This document shows positions 12,056-21,199 of a stretch of 29,465 bases of DNA, one piece after another. The stretch is from Atractiella rhizophila. Its lineage: Eukaryota. The DNA lies in assembly GCA_021432655.1 (NCBI GenBank), contig MU271328.1, forward strand, positions 62,001 to 91,465, in the 5' to 3' direction. The notes beneath the pieces were generated by a model. That model was not told the DNA's origin. It did not search any database and was given only the letters and a program-made list of their open reading frames with translations. How positions within the stretch are numbered: position 1 is the first letter of the stretch; the number at the start of each line of letters is the position of its first letter. The position numbers were made by a program, and so were the translations under genes.

Positions 12056-13200
12056 TCAACGAATCGTTTGAACGCGGCGCTGTATGCTGCTTGCTCGTTC
12101 AAAAGGTATGTTCTCCATGCTCCGTGTTCGATCCTGGTTGGGATTAGGGGCGAGGATAGTCGCGGTTCAATGATCGTTCGGTGCGTTGCGAGGGGACGTT
12201 GTTGAAATGACGTTCGGACGGTTTTGCGTGAAGGGTTGCTGGAAGCGTTGTTGTGTCGTTGAAGGTTTGAATGACATCTTACCACTTTTCCACAACGCGA
12301 ACATCTCCTCCTTCTCCCTTGCTCTCTCCTCCTTCTCTCTCAATCACTCCTCTTTTTCCTTTCTTGCTTCCCTAAGGTCTGGCCCTAGGCTCACTTCCGA
12401 CAGCTTTGCAACCGTATCTGCTACTTCTCTAACCGTTGTAAGGCCTAAAAGGTGGGTTCGGATAGTTCGAGGGAATGAATCCTTGAGTTTCTGAGCTAGC
12501 ACCGGTTCGTTCTGGTAATCGTCTGGTAGGGCCACAAATCGCAACTTGACTTGTAGGGCGTATGAGATGTGTTGTAGAACCTACTGGGATTCTGGGTTCG
12601 ATGGGTCGAGCGGAATCTTCTTTTCGAGTTCCTGTCCCTTGCTTCCGTAATCGTCTATCAGTGCCTCCAATTCCTGATACTGCGTAAGACCTTGCTGCAC
12701 CTGCACTCTTGGTGGTGCAAATGCTCCTCTATCCATGTGCATGCTTCTTCCAGCGACTGCCAACTTGTTCCACGAACCCTCATGTCCCTCCTTCGTTGTT
12801 GAAGCGTGTACAGAACATGGTCGTCGGCCTGGAGCAATCTCTCCAACCACTCCATAGCCTTCATTGGGCTGTACTGTTCTACCTCCCTGACTTCTCCAAC
12901 TTCGTCCTCTCTTTCCACCACACTTCGAAATATCCCGCCTTCTCTTCCCTTCTGCTCCTTATGGTAGGCTAGGACGTTAGCCAGGAAACTCCTCAATTCC
13001 TCCCTTTTCCCACTCCAAGCTGTGATGTTTTTAATGCTCACCTCCCTTTCCCTTCTCCGACGTTCCCCCCCCTCTCTCTGTTCCTTATTATCCTTTCTTA
13101 ATTCCTTCAACTCCATTAAAACCATCATCTGCATCCTGTCTCCTCCTTCTCCTCCCTTGTCCTCTACCGCTGATCTTCCTTCCCCTTGCTCCAGGTCCAT
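12056..13200 (-). pseudogene. Gypsy gag (capsid-like) region with stops and frameshifts
   Basis: Lies between the 5' LTR and RT. A coiled-coil N-terminus is followed by ITAWSGKREELRSFLANV (F.G....L..F capsid-like motif). ORF pieces are 12658-13200 and 12344-12544. Confidence 0.7.
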
Positions 13201-13461
13201 CGGTAATCTCTTGTTGAATGTGAGGTCTAAGGTGCGATTTGTCAGTAGAGGTGTTAGTGTGTCGGAGGTTTGTTCTGGTGATGATGAGCTGATCGGTAAG
13301 ATCCGTGTGTGAGGAGGTGGTGCTCTTCGTTCGGCTATGGGAGAGAGGCGATGAGAGGGTATGGGCGTGATCTGAGAGAGGCGAGGCGGGAAGGATCCTG
13401 ACTGCAGGGTTTTCTGGGTGCCAGCGTGGGTGTGGGCGGGTTCAGGTGCAGGCTAGCCACC

Positions 13462-13557
13462 TGTAGCGGTTCTCAATGTGGGGATGGGACGCGAGTGGAG
13501 ATGGTGGATCAATGTTAGTTTTCATTCTATGGATTGTACATGTTTGTGCCTGTCATA
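13462..13557 (-). repeat. 5' LTR (96 bp), followed on the minus strand by GG-TGGCTAGCC at the PBS position
   Basis: Direct repeat of 8871-8966. A TGG begins 2 nt inside the LTR end. Confidence 0.9.
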
Positions 13558-14510
13558 ACGCTGAAGTGTTTGGGATGAATAGGCGTGAGTAAACCACCTG
13601 CAGCTGAAAATAGACATTAATGGGCATACATGGTGGTCGAAAGAAGCTGTTTGAGTGGGTCGAATATTATTACTGTGACCACGGAAGGCAACGTCCCTCA
13701 AATCGCCCCACTGCCACACAACACATTCCTCAGAAGCCTTCTATTCAGATTGGCTGTACAGCCAAGCTAAGGGTTGCGAAGCTTCTCAATCAGCACATCA
13801 TCAGCATCACAATTGAAGATATCCACACCCGACATGACCCCTATTCTATTATGGACTTTTAGCGATCTAGAATGCCTCCGCCACTTGCAAAATGGGTTGA
13901 CGATAAGATTGAAAGGGGGATGGAATGGCCTGCAGTCCATGCCCTTCTGCGCCAGTCGACAGATAGTCTCCGAAACGTGGGTTTGAGCTGTTAGGATGAC
14001 AAGGAATCTTTTCTAGTTGATAAGAACTTGTACAACGAGTTTGAAATTCCCGAAGCCTTCAGAATCAAGCGTGCGGATGTTTATAATAGGATCATGAAGA
14101 AAGTACGCGCAAAGAGTCAGTTGGATGCAAATGGATTCAAGAGTCTTGAGAAATGGAAGGAGAAACTAGATAAAGCCGGCTACCTTTCCTTCTTAGCACA
14201 GAACCCAGTCTATGTTTCTGATGGTTCTGTAGATTATATCATGTTTGCAATCTTCTCTCCATGGGAGCAAGAAATGCTCAAAAGATATGGGAAGACGGTT
14301 TGCATGGGTTCTACACACAATGCGCTCTTCACATGGACACACAAGCAATCTGCAGGATCAGAGGAAGGAGCAGAGGAGCGCAATGACCATCAAGACGAAG
14401 AAAACAAGTTCAAACCTAGAAAGAAGCCTACTGGATTCCTCCACACCCTCATTGTGAAGAATCAAAAGACAGGATGAGGAGTTCCCATCGCATTCATGAT
14501 GACGACCTCC

Positions 14511-15009
14511 TAGAGATGCCAACGAGTAGGACTTGCGAGTACGGATACCCTTACTCACGAGTATCGATCAGCTTAAAGCCTGATTTGTAACTTGTTGTGA
14601 CCTTTGACACAGGTACCCTTGTACTCATGAGTACTACTCACGGGTACCCTTGTATTAACTTAGACTCTACTCATCAACATAATTTTACAGTTTAGGCACA
14701 TTAGTTTACATAGACGACTTATTATGCATTACTTATGGCTTAAACACCACTATTACTTGTATCTCAGAGCCAGATAGAGCCATTTTGAATGTGAAAAAGA
14801 TCAAAAATTGATATAAAACTCTCTTTAACTCTTTCAAACAAGTACCCCACAGGTACCTGCCATTTCAGGACATATGCTCATGAGTACTCTTAGGTACATA
14901 GCAGGGAACATGAACGGGTACCCCTGATGAAAATTACCCTCTGCAGCTGATTTGTAACTTGTTGTGCACGGCTACCTGTGGCACAAGTACCCACGAGTAC
15001 CCATCTCTA
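14511..15009. mobile_element. hAT-type MITE, 499 bp, complete
   Basis: TIRs TAGAGATG (14511-14518) and CATCTCTA (15002-15009). Perfect 8-bp TSD CGACCTCC (14503-14510, 15010-15017). Non-coding, with many GTAC-centred subterminal palindromes. A second copy is at 27260-27750. Confidence 0.95.
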
Positions 15010-15210
15010 CGACCTCCGAAGCGCACTATCCAGTCATGCTGTGGCTCTCCCTTCTTCTTCAACATATCCCTGAATGGAAAACCATCCTGGAGCGGGACCT
15101 TATTGATGTCAGGTTTGCATCTTACGCAAATCGGCGCCCATTTGCCGGATTGTGTCTCCTATCGGCCGTTTGCGTTCCCTGCAAATCGGCGCCCGTATGT
15201 GTGAGGCACT

Positions 15211-15784
15211 AAAGGCGTTATGAAACCTCCTCGCCTTTCCCTCGTTGCCAAAAGTAAAGGAATTGTCAGGATTCTGAAGTGGTGGGATTTGTCTCTCATT
15301 GTTTTCATGTTTAGCATACGATAAAGCAGTGCAGAGTGACTGCTCGTCTAAGCTGGCTAGGAAATTGTTCCAGTGCGAGCGCTTTCGCGCTTTGACCACA
15401 CGTCGAAAGGTTTGAAGGGAGCTCTGCCACAGTGCATAATCCCCTTCGCTTTTCGTCTTCTGGAACCTATTCCTTCGCCTGCTAACGTTCGCACAGAGAT
15501 CCGTAAGGGTCCTCGTCCCACCACCTCTTAGAAAACTTTGATTTCTTTGCTTTCTTGGTTGACGCCTCCAGTGCTGATTGGATGGAAGAAGTAAGGTACT
15601 CAACTGCTCTTTCGATGTCTTCTTCTTGGTTCAAAGGAGTGTCTAGTTCAAAGGGAAAACTCTTCAAACGGCCTTCAATGTCCTCTCTCATCTTATCCCA
15701 GTCTGGCTTCGCCAGATTAAATCTGTTCAATTCAGGTGGGATGAACTTCTCCAGGTGGAATGCTGTGAGTATGGGGAAGTGATC
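15211..15784 (-). pseudogene. Non-LTR retrotransposon (Tad1-like LINE) ORF2 fragment: end of the AP endonuclease and the linker before RT
   Basis: DHFPILT...FNLAKPDWDK...KRWWDE, then a frameshift to RRRNRFQK...KARKRSHWNNFL...IPPLQNPD...EGKARRFHNAF. Confidence 0.88.
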
Positions 15785-17910
15785 TTCCATTAACTTATCA
15801 CAATGAGATCCCTGTGCTTAGCGACAAACAGCAGCTTACCTTTGACAAATTCCGAGTCTGGCACTGAGGCAATGAGAAGGAAGCAAGCTATGAAGGTCGC
15901 AATCAGAATTGGACTTTACATGATCACGACATGCATACCCTTCTGGAGGCAAAGATATTGCTTGCTGAGCTCAGTAGGCTGGATAGAGAGTGGTTGCCGA
16001 TGTGTGGAGCTTCTTGCAGCTCCTACCTTGGGAAGTATGAGGGGTTGGAGCGGTAAGATTGTTGTCTTTGGGTACTTGAAGAGCTCACATAAGTTGCAGA
16101 TACCCTCATTCTCGCAAGATCAATGGCCCGGTCGTACCCTGCAATAGGCCACGCTATTCCCTGTCCTTTGGACGCTCTGGGATCCCAGGACACTCATCGA
16201 TAGAGAAACGAAAGACTAAAAAGAGCTTTCTCTTTTGTAACCCAATCCATCGAATCAAGGCGATGTTCTAAGCACCGCAAACGGCTAGCATGATGGGATA
16301 TTTTGGGAGGAAGCTGGGACAGACTCTGGCAAAAACTGAGTATCTTATAGACAAGCTGAAGAGGGGCTACACCTACAACGACTTCCATCACGGTACCGCA
16401 GTCCAAGCGCTAGCTGAGGACAACATTGGCTTCATGGAGGACGAATGAGAATCTGTTTTCATTGTGTCGATGGACGGTGCACCTATCCACGCTGCCCACG
16501 ACTCCAACATGTGGTTTGTCGTTCTGTCGTTCCTTGGCTTCAACATGCAAGTCTGAGCAAAGTGCCATCATACCTTCTTTACACTAGCCATCCCCGGTCC
16601 CAACAATCCAGTCGACATTCAATCATTCTTCCTCCCGTTCTATAAGGTGATGGCGAAGCTGAGTGGAGGGTTGTGGATGTGGGATGTGGCGTCTCGGATG
16701 TGGTTTGTTTGGAAGGGATGGCTTATCAACAAGCTGGGCAAGTTATCTCACTATTTCTTCATAATGTATTAATATTAATACAGGCAATATGCTCAGTTCT
16801 GCAAACACCAAAGGCTGCACAGGCCATCAAGGAAAGTGTGGCTGCCGCTTTTGCAAGATTGTCGGTCAACTCCTAGGTCAGCATTATTACTATCCAATGT
16901 ATATCACTTCCCCAAGATGACAGTACTCTCCCCGGCTATCGCCCAGTGCATATGACCCACTCAATCTTCCAATTCGCACCACGAATGAGTACACCGAAAC
17001 AGTGAAGGATCTTGCACTCGCAACGACGCAAAGAGCACGAGCAGAGATGGTGCAAGATAATGGTGTCATTTCCATCACGCCGATTTCTGGATTCAAGACT
17101 TTCCGTGATCCATGGACTTTCTTTGCTGGGACCTTGCTTCCTCCACTGGAAGAACAATGCCGATGGGGATCAACAAGCAAGAATCACTTCCTGAGCCGTG
17201 GCACCCAACACAGCAAGTACGAGAGGAGTTTGGGAACATGGCCGAGCGCTCTAAGGTCAACATTCCCTACGACTTCTCACAAGCAGCTCCTCGGAACACA
17301 CACCGATTCCGAAACACTGAGTATAAGATGCATGAGTGGTGGGATATTTTTTATTGGTTCCTATTCCCTGTCTGTAGCTTCTAGGATTCCCATTCGACAT
17401 CATACACGTTCTCGATTCGTTTATCTGCGGCTGCCGACTGGCGTGTAGGGCTTTGCACCATCCCGTCCGTCGATTTTTGTGCCTGAGATGGCGACGGGAC
17501 ACGGTCACCGTGACTGAACAGGGGGACTTTCTGAGGAGACGGCAAGAAAAGGGATACAGACAGACAGGTTTGACGGTGAACACGGATGTTCAACAAAATG
17601 TTCCTTTATTCTGTCCGGCACCACCGGCAACATGATTACCGAACAGGGGCGCCTGAAGATTCGGGAACATTTTGGTTGTTTTGTTATGGGCCGGGAGAAG
17701 CTATATGTCCATGGAGATTGCACCCATCTTAGTTGTATGCCCATGTGCATCCACCACCTCTTGTACATTGCTGACTAGATCTCCTGGTTGGCGGCCAGGG
17801 AGCCTCTACTCACAGTTCCCGACGGAGGAAATGATCGGATTCCTCAAGAAACGAATCAATCAAGACAACAAATACCAAGAGAACCTGCTTAACCAAGCCC
17901 TGTTGCTGTG
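15785..17910 (+). pseudogene. CACTA/En-Spm-type (Transposase_21/Tnp2) transposase, most of the core present, with introns, stops and frameshifts
   Basis: LAELSRLDREWLPMCGASCSSYLG; YNDFHHG; VSMDGAP; IPGPNNPVDIQSFFLP; GNML...GHQGKCGCRFC; IPYDF...PRN...YKMHEW; IHHLL...YSQFPTEEMIGFLK. Introns at 16053-16099 (GT-AG) and 16738-16783 (GC-AG) restore the frame. Confidence 0.9.
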
Positions 17911-18363
17911 ATAGGAAGAATCCTAGGTGAGTTTCTTCTGCAATGTACACTTCCCAGTGTGATAGGAAGAATCCTAGTCTCAACACGTTGTGAGCCGAAC
18001 ACTCTAGCCGGGAGAAAACCCTTATCTCGTACCCGCGCCTAACAACAGACTTTGGACCCTATCAACAAGGAGCAGGGGTTGGAGATTAGATTATTTTCAG
18101 CAGGGGATCGGCGCATACCCTAGACTAGCAGGATCGGCGTATTCTGATGTAGTAGCTGAAGGTATTATCAACAGTGAGTGATCAAATCTTGATAAGGATA
18201 AAGGAGTTGTGTTGGAGTGCTGCATTTGGAAACTGTAAACAAGTCTCTGCACCAGGCTACGTACCAAGTCACGGAAGAAGTCCATAGGATTTCTTCTTAG
18301 GACCTCTGTTTACAGTATGCCCTTGTGATATTGTCAGGCAGTCTTCTGGACTGCTTTATCACA
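17907..18363. mobile_element. LTR-like solo segment with a duplicated 20-bp left end
   Basis: Inverted termini TGTGATA (17907, and again at 17958) and TATCACA (18357-18363). It truncates the CACTA ORF. No TSD is visible. Confidence 0.5.
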
Positions 18364-18419
18364 CAGCAAGGACGTCAATCATCCTATAATAGTGCAGTAA
18401 CCCTCAACTTTGGAGTTCT

Positions 18420-18945
18420 TGTTAAGTTTGGTTACAAACTGTATATCTCATTCCAAACAACCTATCAATAAACTGCAGATTAGTCTCAAGATGTCTTACG
18501 CTTCCACCTTCGTCTCTGAAAAACTCAAGGTCTAAAGAAATCTTTGCCTTCCCCCAGACGAAACGAGCAGGTAGAATCATTCTTGGGACAGAAACTTGTC
18601 CTGTAGACCATTCTCTTCCTGAAAAACCTACAAGTATCAATTATCAGAAGCAACTTGAGGTGGAGAAGAGACAGACAGATTGGGATGAGCGAAAAGAAGC
18701 AGCCATGGGATATCTACGTCTTTCGATTGAGAATAGTCAGCGACACAATCATTGAATGCTTTCTCCTTGAATCCACCTTGAGGGAGATCTCCAGAGGTCC
18801 AGATGGCGTGAAGAGTGTCGACGAGAATCTGTTCATCCATAGCCGACCAGATGGCCGTTTCAGTCTTCCGTTCCTTCTTATTGACTGGAGTTCCCGAATT
18901 GGCCGTACTAGCGCTCTGTTTGGCCATTGATCTCATGTGTCCCAT
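18420..18945 (-). pseudogene. Myb/SANT-like DNA-binding protein fragment, of the type encoded by PIF/Harbinger elements
   Basis: AIWSAMDEQILVDTL...GDLPQGGFKEKAFNDC in ORF 18637-19215 fits the W...E..L...L....G....GFK..A pattern of Myb_DNA-bind_3. No Harbinger transposase is seen in the window. Confidence 0.7.
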
Positions 18946-19260
18946 GTTGTAGTGAGACTTGTGATGATTGTCAGAAAGGAGAGGGGAAGCTGTTTGGTTG
19001 GAGACAGTGCTGATCATCAGGCAGTCCGAAACATGTCCGGTTGTTCTCACAGCAACGAAATCACAAATTTGGGATCGAAATACAGCTCCAAGGCTCGATT
19101 TCGATTTTTTGAATCCTGGCTGGGGTGAATTGCAATTCGCAGATTTGTGAATTGCAATTTTTCGGCAGCCAAACGATACCGTGAATTGCCTGATTAGGGT
19201 CCAATTCACGTCCAAGTCACCCCAGCCAAAATTTCAAACTTGGAAGTTGCCAAACAGGCT

Positions 19261-19380
19261 CTCATACAAAAGTCCTCTCGTACAAAAGGTTATTTTTCTC
19301 GTGCCAAAGGTTATCCTGTCTCGTACAAAAGATTATTTCCCTCATGTGAAACGTTATTCCTGTGTACGAAAGGTTATATC
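19261..19380. repeat. Degenerate tandem array, ~16-22 bp unit, consensus CTCGTACAAAAGGTTAT, about 6 copies
   Basis: ctcatacaaaagtcct / ctcgtacaaaaggttattttt / ctcgtgccaaaggttatcctgt / ctcgtacaaaagattatttcc / ctcatgtgaaacgttattc / ctgtgtacgaaaggttatat. Confidence 0.85.
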
Positions 19381-20389
19381 TTGCAAAGCAACGAACTGAA
19401 ACGTTTAGAACAAAGGAAGCTTTCGAGGCCAAAGGTTGAAAAGAGAGGCCTTAAGAGCTTCAATCAACCCACATCTCATCAACATCTCCCCTTACCCTTA
19501 CGGCTACAGGTAGCTTTCTCTTTCCGCCATCTTCACTCCCAGAGTGGCAGGATTGATCACTTGTGACAAAGCATGCATTGCATCTTTGAGGTCCACCATT
19601 TGGCCTTTCAGGTCTCAATACCTTCTTGACCTCAAGCTCTAAGATCCTGTTAATAGGTTTGCCCCTGAAGAGCTCAAGAGGCAGCCTAGGTGGTAAACTA
19701 TTGAGGAAGTCAAACTCTTGATTTTTGAATGTCATAGAGTTCTGATTTCGTTTGAGCCTTCATGTGTTGGTTGAGGAAATCTTGAAGAAGTTGGTGGTGG
19801 TCAAGTTGTCCTGGTCCCAAGTATTGGGTATGAATATGTCAAGGAATCTGTTGGCTTTCGGAGTTTGGGTAGCGAGAACAGTGTTGGGAGCATAACCAGG
19901 GACCTTAAGCAAAGGGTCCCATGTTGAAGTTGAATCTAAGGCGGAATGATGACGCTCTGAAGGCGTACGAGGAGGCGAAGGCACTCTATGTGGAAGTTGG
20001 TGACCGCAGAGGTGAAGAAGACTGCTGCAGATCAATAGCTGATGTATGTTGCATTGTTCAAGAGCAATAACGGCGGTGGATGGTGGTACTGCAAGTAAGT
20101 GGAGCAGAGGGGATTCACAGAATCCAGAGCTGATTATGGTGTCGTGTTGAGCAGGTAACTCTTCACTGAATCCTCTTCTCAAACTGCTGGAATCCACTGA
20201 CTGATTGCCAGTGATGTCTTCTGTACTATACAATATGTCTGAAACTTTTACTATCTTGTCCTGTACAAGATGCCTTCCCCACACTCTCCTCAGACTGAAC
20301 TGAACTGTCAGGCTTTATTCCACATCTACTACTATTCCTTCGCGACGGAACTGTTCTGTCAATCAAATTTGGCTACTAACAGTACTTTA

Positions 20390-20535
20390 GGATTCAACCC
20401 TGCCTCTGTCTGGAACAAGATCCTGGCTACATCCTTGCCTCTTAGGCACCCAGGGTACAACCCTGCCTCTATCACGAACAGGATCCTGGCTATATCCTTG
20501 CCTCCTAGGCACCCCGGATGTAACCCTGCCTCCAA
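20390..20535. repeat. 63-bp tandem repeat, about 2.3 copies
   Basis: Units start at 20390, 20453 and 20516. They translate as GFNPASVWNKILATSLPLRHP / GYNPASITNRILAISLPPRHP / GCNPAS. Confidence 0.9.
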
Positions 20536-20883
20536 TAAAACAGCATCATCATGAAATTGTTGGCTCTTAGTCAACCGGGGTAGAACCCTGCCACCAATAG
20601 GAATAACAATCCAGTCAAAAACATAAACACTCACAGGCACAGGCAATGTCCACTCTAAGACACATCGTAAATCACTTATCCATTGAAATGTTGCTTCATT
20701 GGACAGCTCTGGTTCATATTTAGTATATATCTCCAATTGAACAAAGTACATTCAAAGTTGCAAAATTAATTTATAATGGTCTAGGTATGTATTCTCTATA
20801 AGTTATTAACGATAAGTGCAACTTTGGCGAAACTGCGCCAGATCAATAGGTTATTGACAACAGTCGAAGAGGAGTTTGAGGTT

Positions 20884-20901
20884 TTAGGGTTAGGGTTAGG
20901 G
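20884..20901 (+). repeat. (TTAGGG)3 telomere-type hexamer run
   Basis: Exact TTAGGGTTAGGGTTAGGG. Confidence 0.8.
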
Positions 20902-21199
20902 ATGAAGGTGGGACCAACATCAACAGGAGAGAGCAGAACCATCAGAGTCCAACAAAGTGGGACTGCAAAGCAAACCAAAGACGAAACACTCACAGTGTAG
21001 CTTCTTCCTTCTCGATGTGTTCCTCTCAAACGCTTCCAACAGTAAATAACTAGGAGCAGGAGGGGGAGAAGTGATGATATGGTGTAACATGAGGGGTTCC
21101 ACCAGAAGACAAGACTAGCTAGATCCTGTTTGGCTTCTTCAGTTTTGATGATGGTAAGGGGTCTTTAGGAGGTGCTCTAAGTGGTTCATAAGTGAAGGA

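Larger units (their letters stand above)
8871..13557 (-). mobile_element. Ty3/Gypsy LTR retrotransposon, 4687 bp, both LTRs present, defective
   Basis: 96-bp direct repeats at 8871-8966 and 13462-13557 (TG...CA; the right copy ends TA). ACGC flanks both sides (8867-8870, 13558-13561). The internal order is gag-RT-RNaseH-integrase. Confidence 0.95.
8506..15110 (+). pseudogene. Mutator-like (MULE) transposase gene in three pieces (8506-8870, 13562-14510, 15018-~15110), interrupted by Gypsy and hAT-MITE insertions and 3'-truncated
   Basis: Contains a FAR1/WRKY-GCM1-like finger YYYCDHGR...SIQIGCTAKL...HTRH (13620-13862). The MULE core reads KTVCMGSTHN (first catalytic D>G), FLHTLIVKN..G*GVPIAFMMTTS|EAHYPVMLWL. 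The frame rejoins exactly when each insertion plus one TSD copy is removed. A probable intron lies at ~13977-14017. Confidence 0.85.

Noticed and set aside
9127..13312. Plus-strand ORFs inside the Gypsy element
   Set aside because: They are antisense shadows of gag/pol with no recognisable motifs.
19261..19380. CRISPR-like array
   Set aside because: The repeats are degenerate with only 2-5 nt linkers and no unique spacers. There are no cas genes and the context is eukaryotic.
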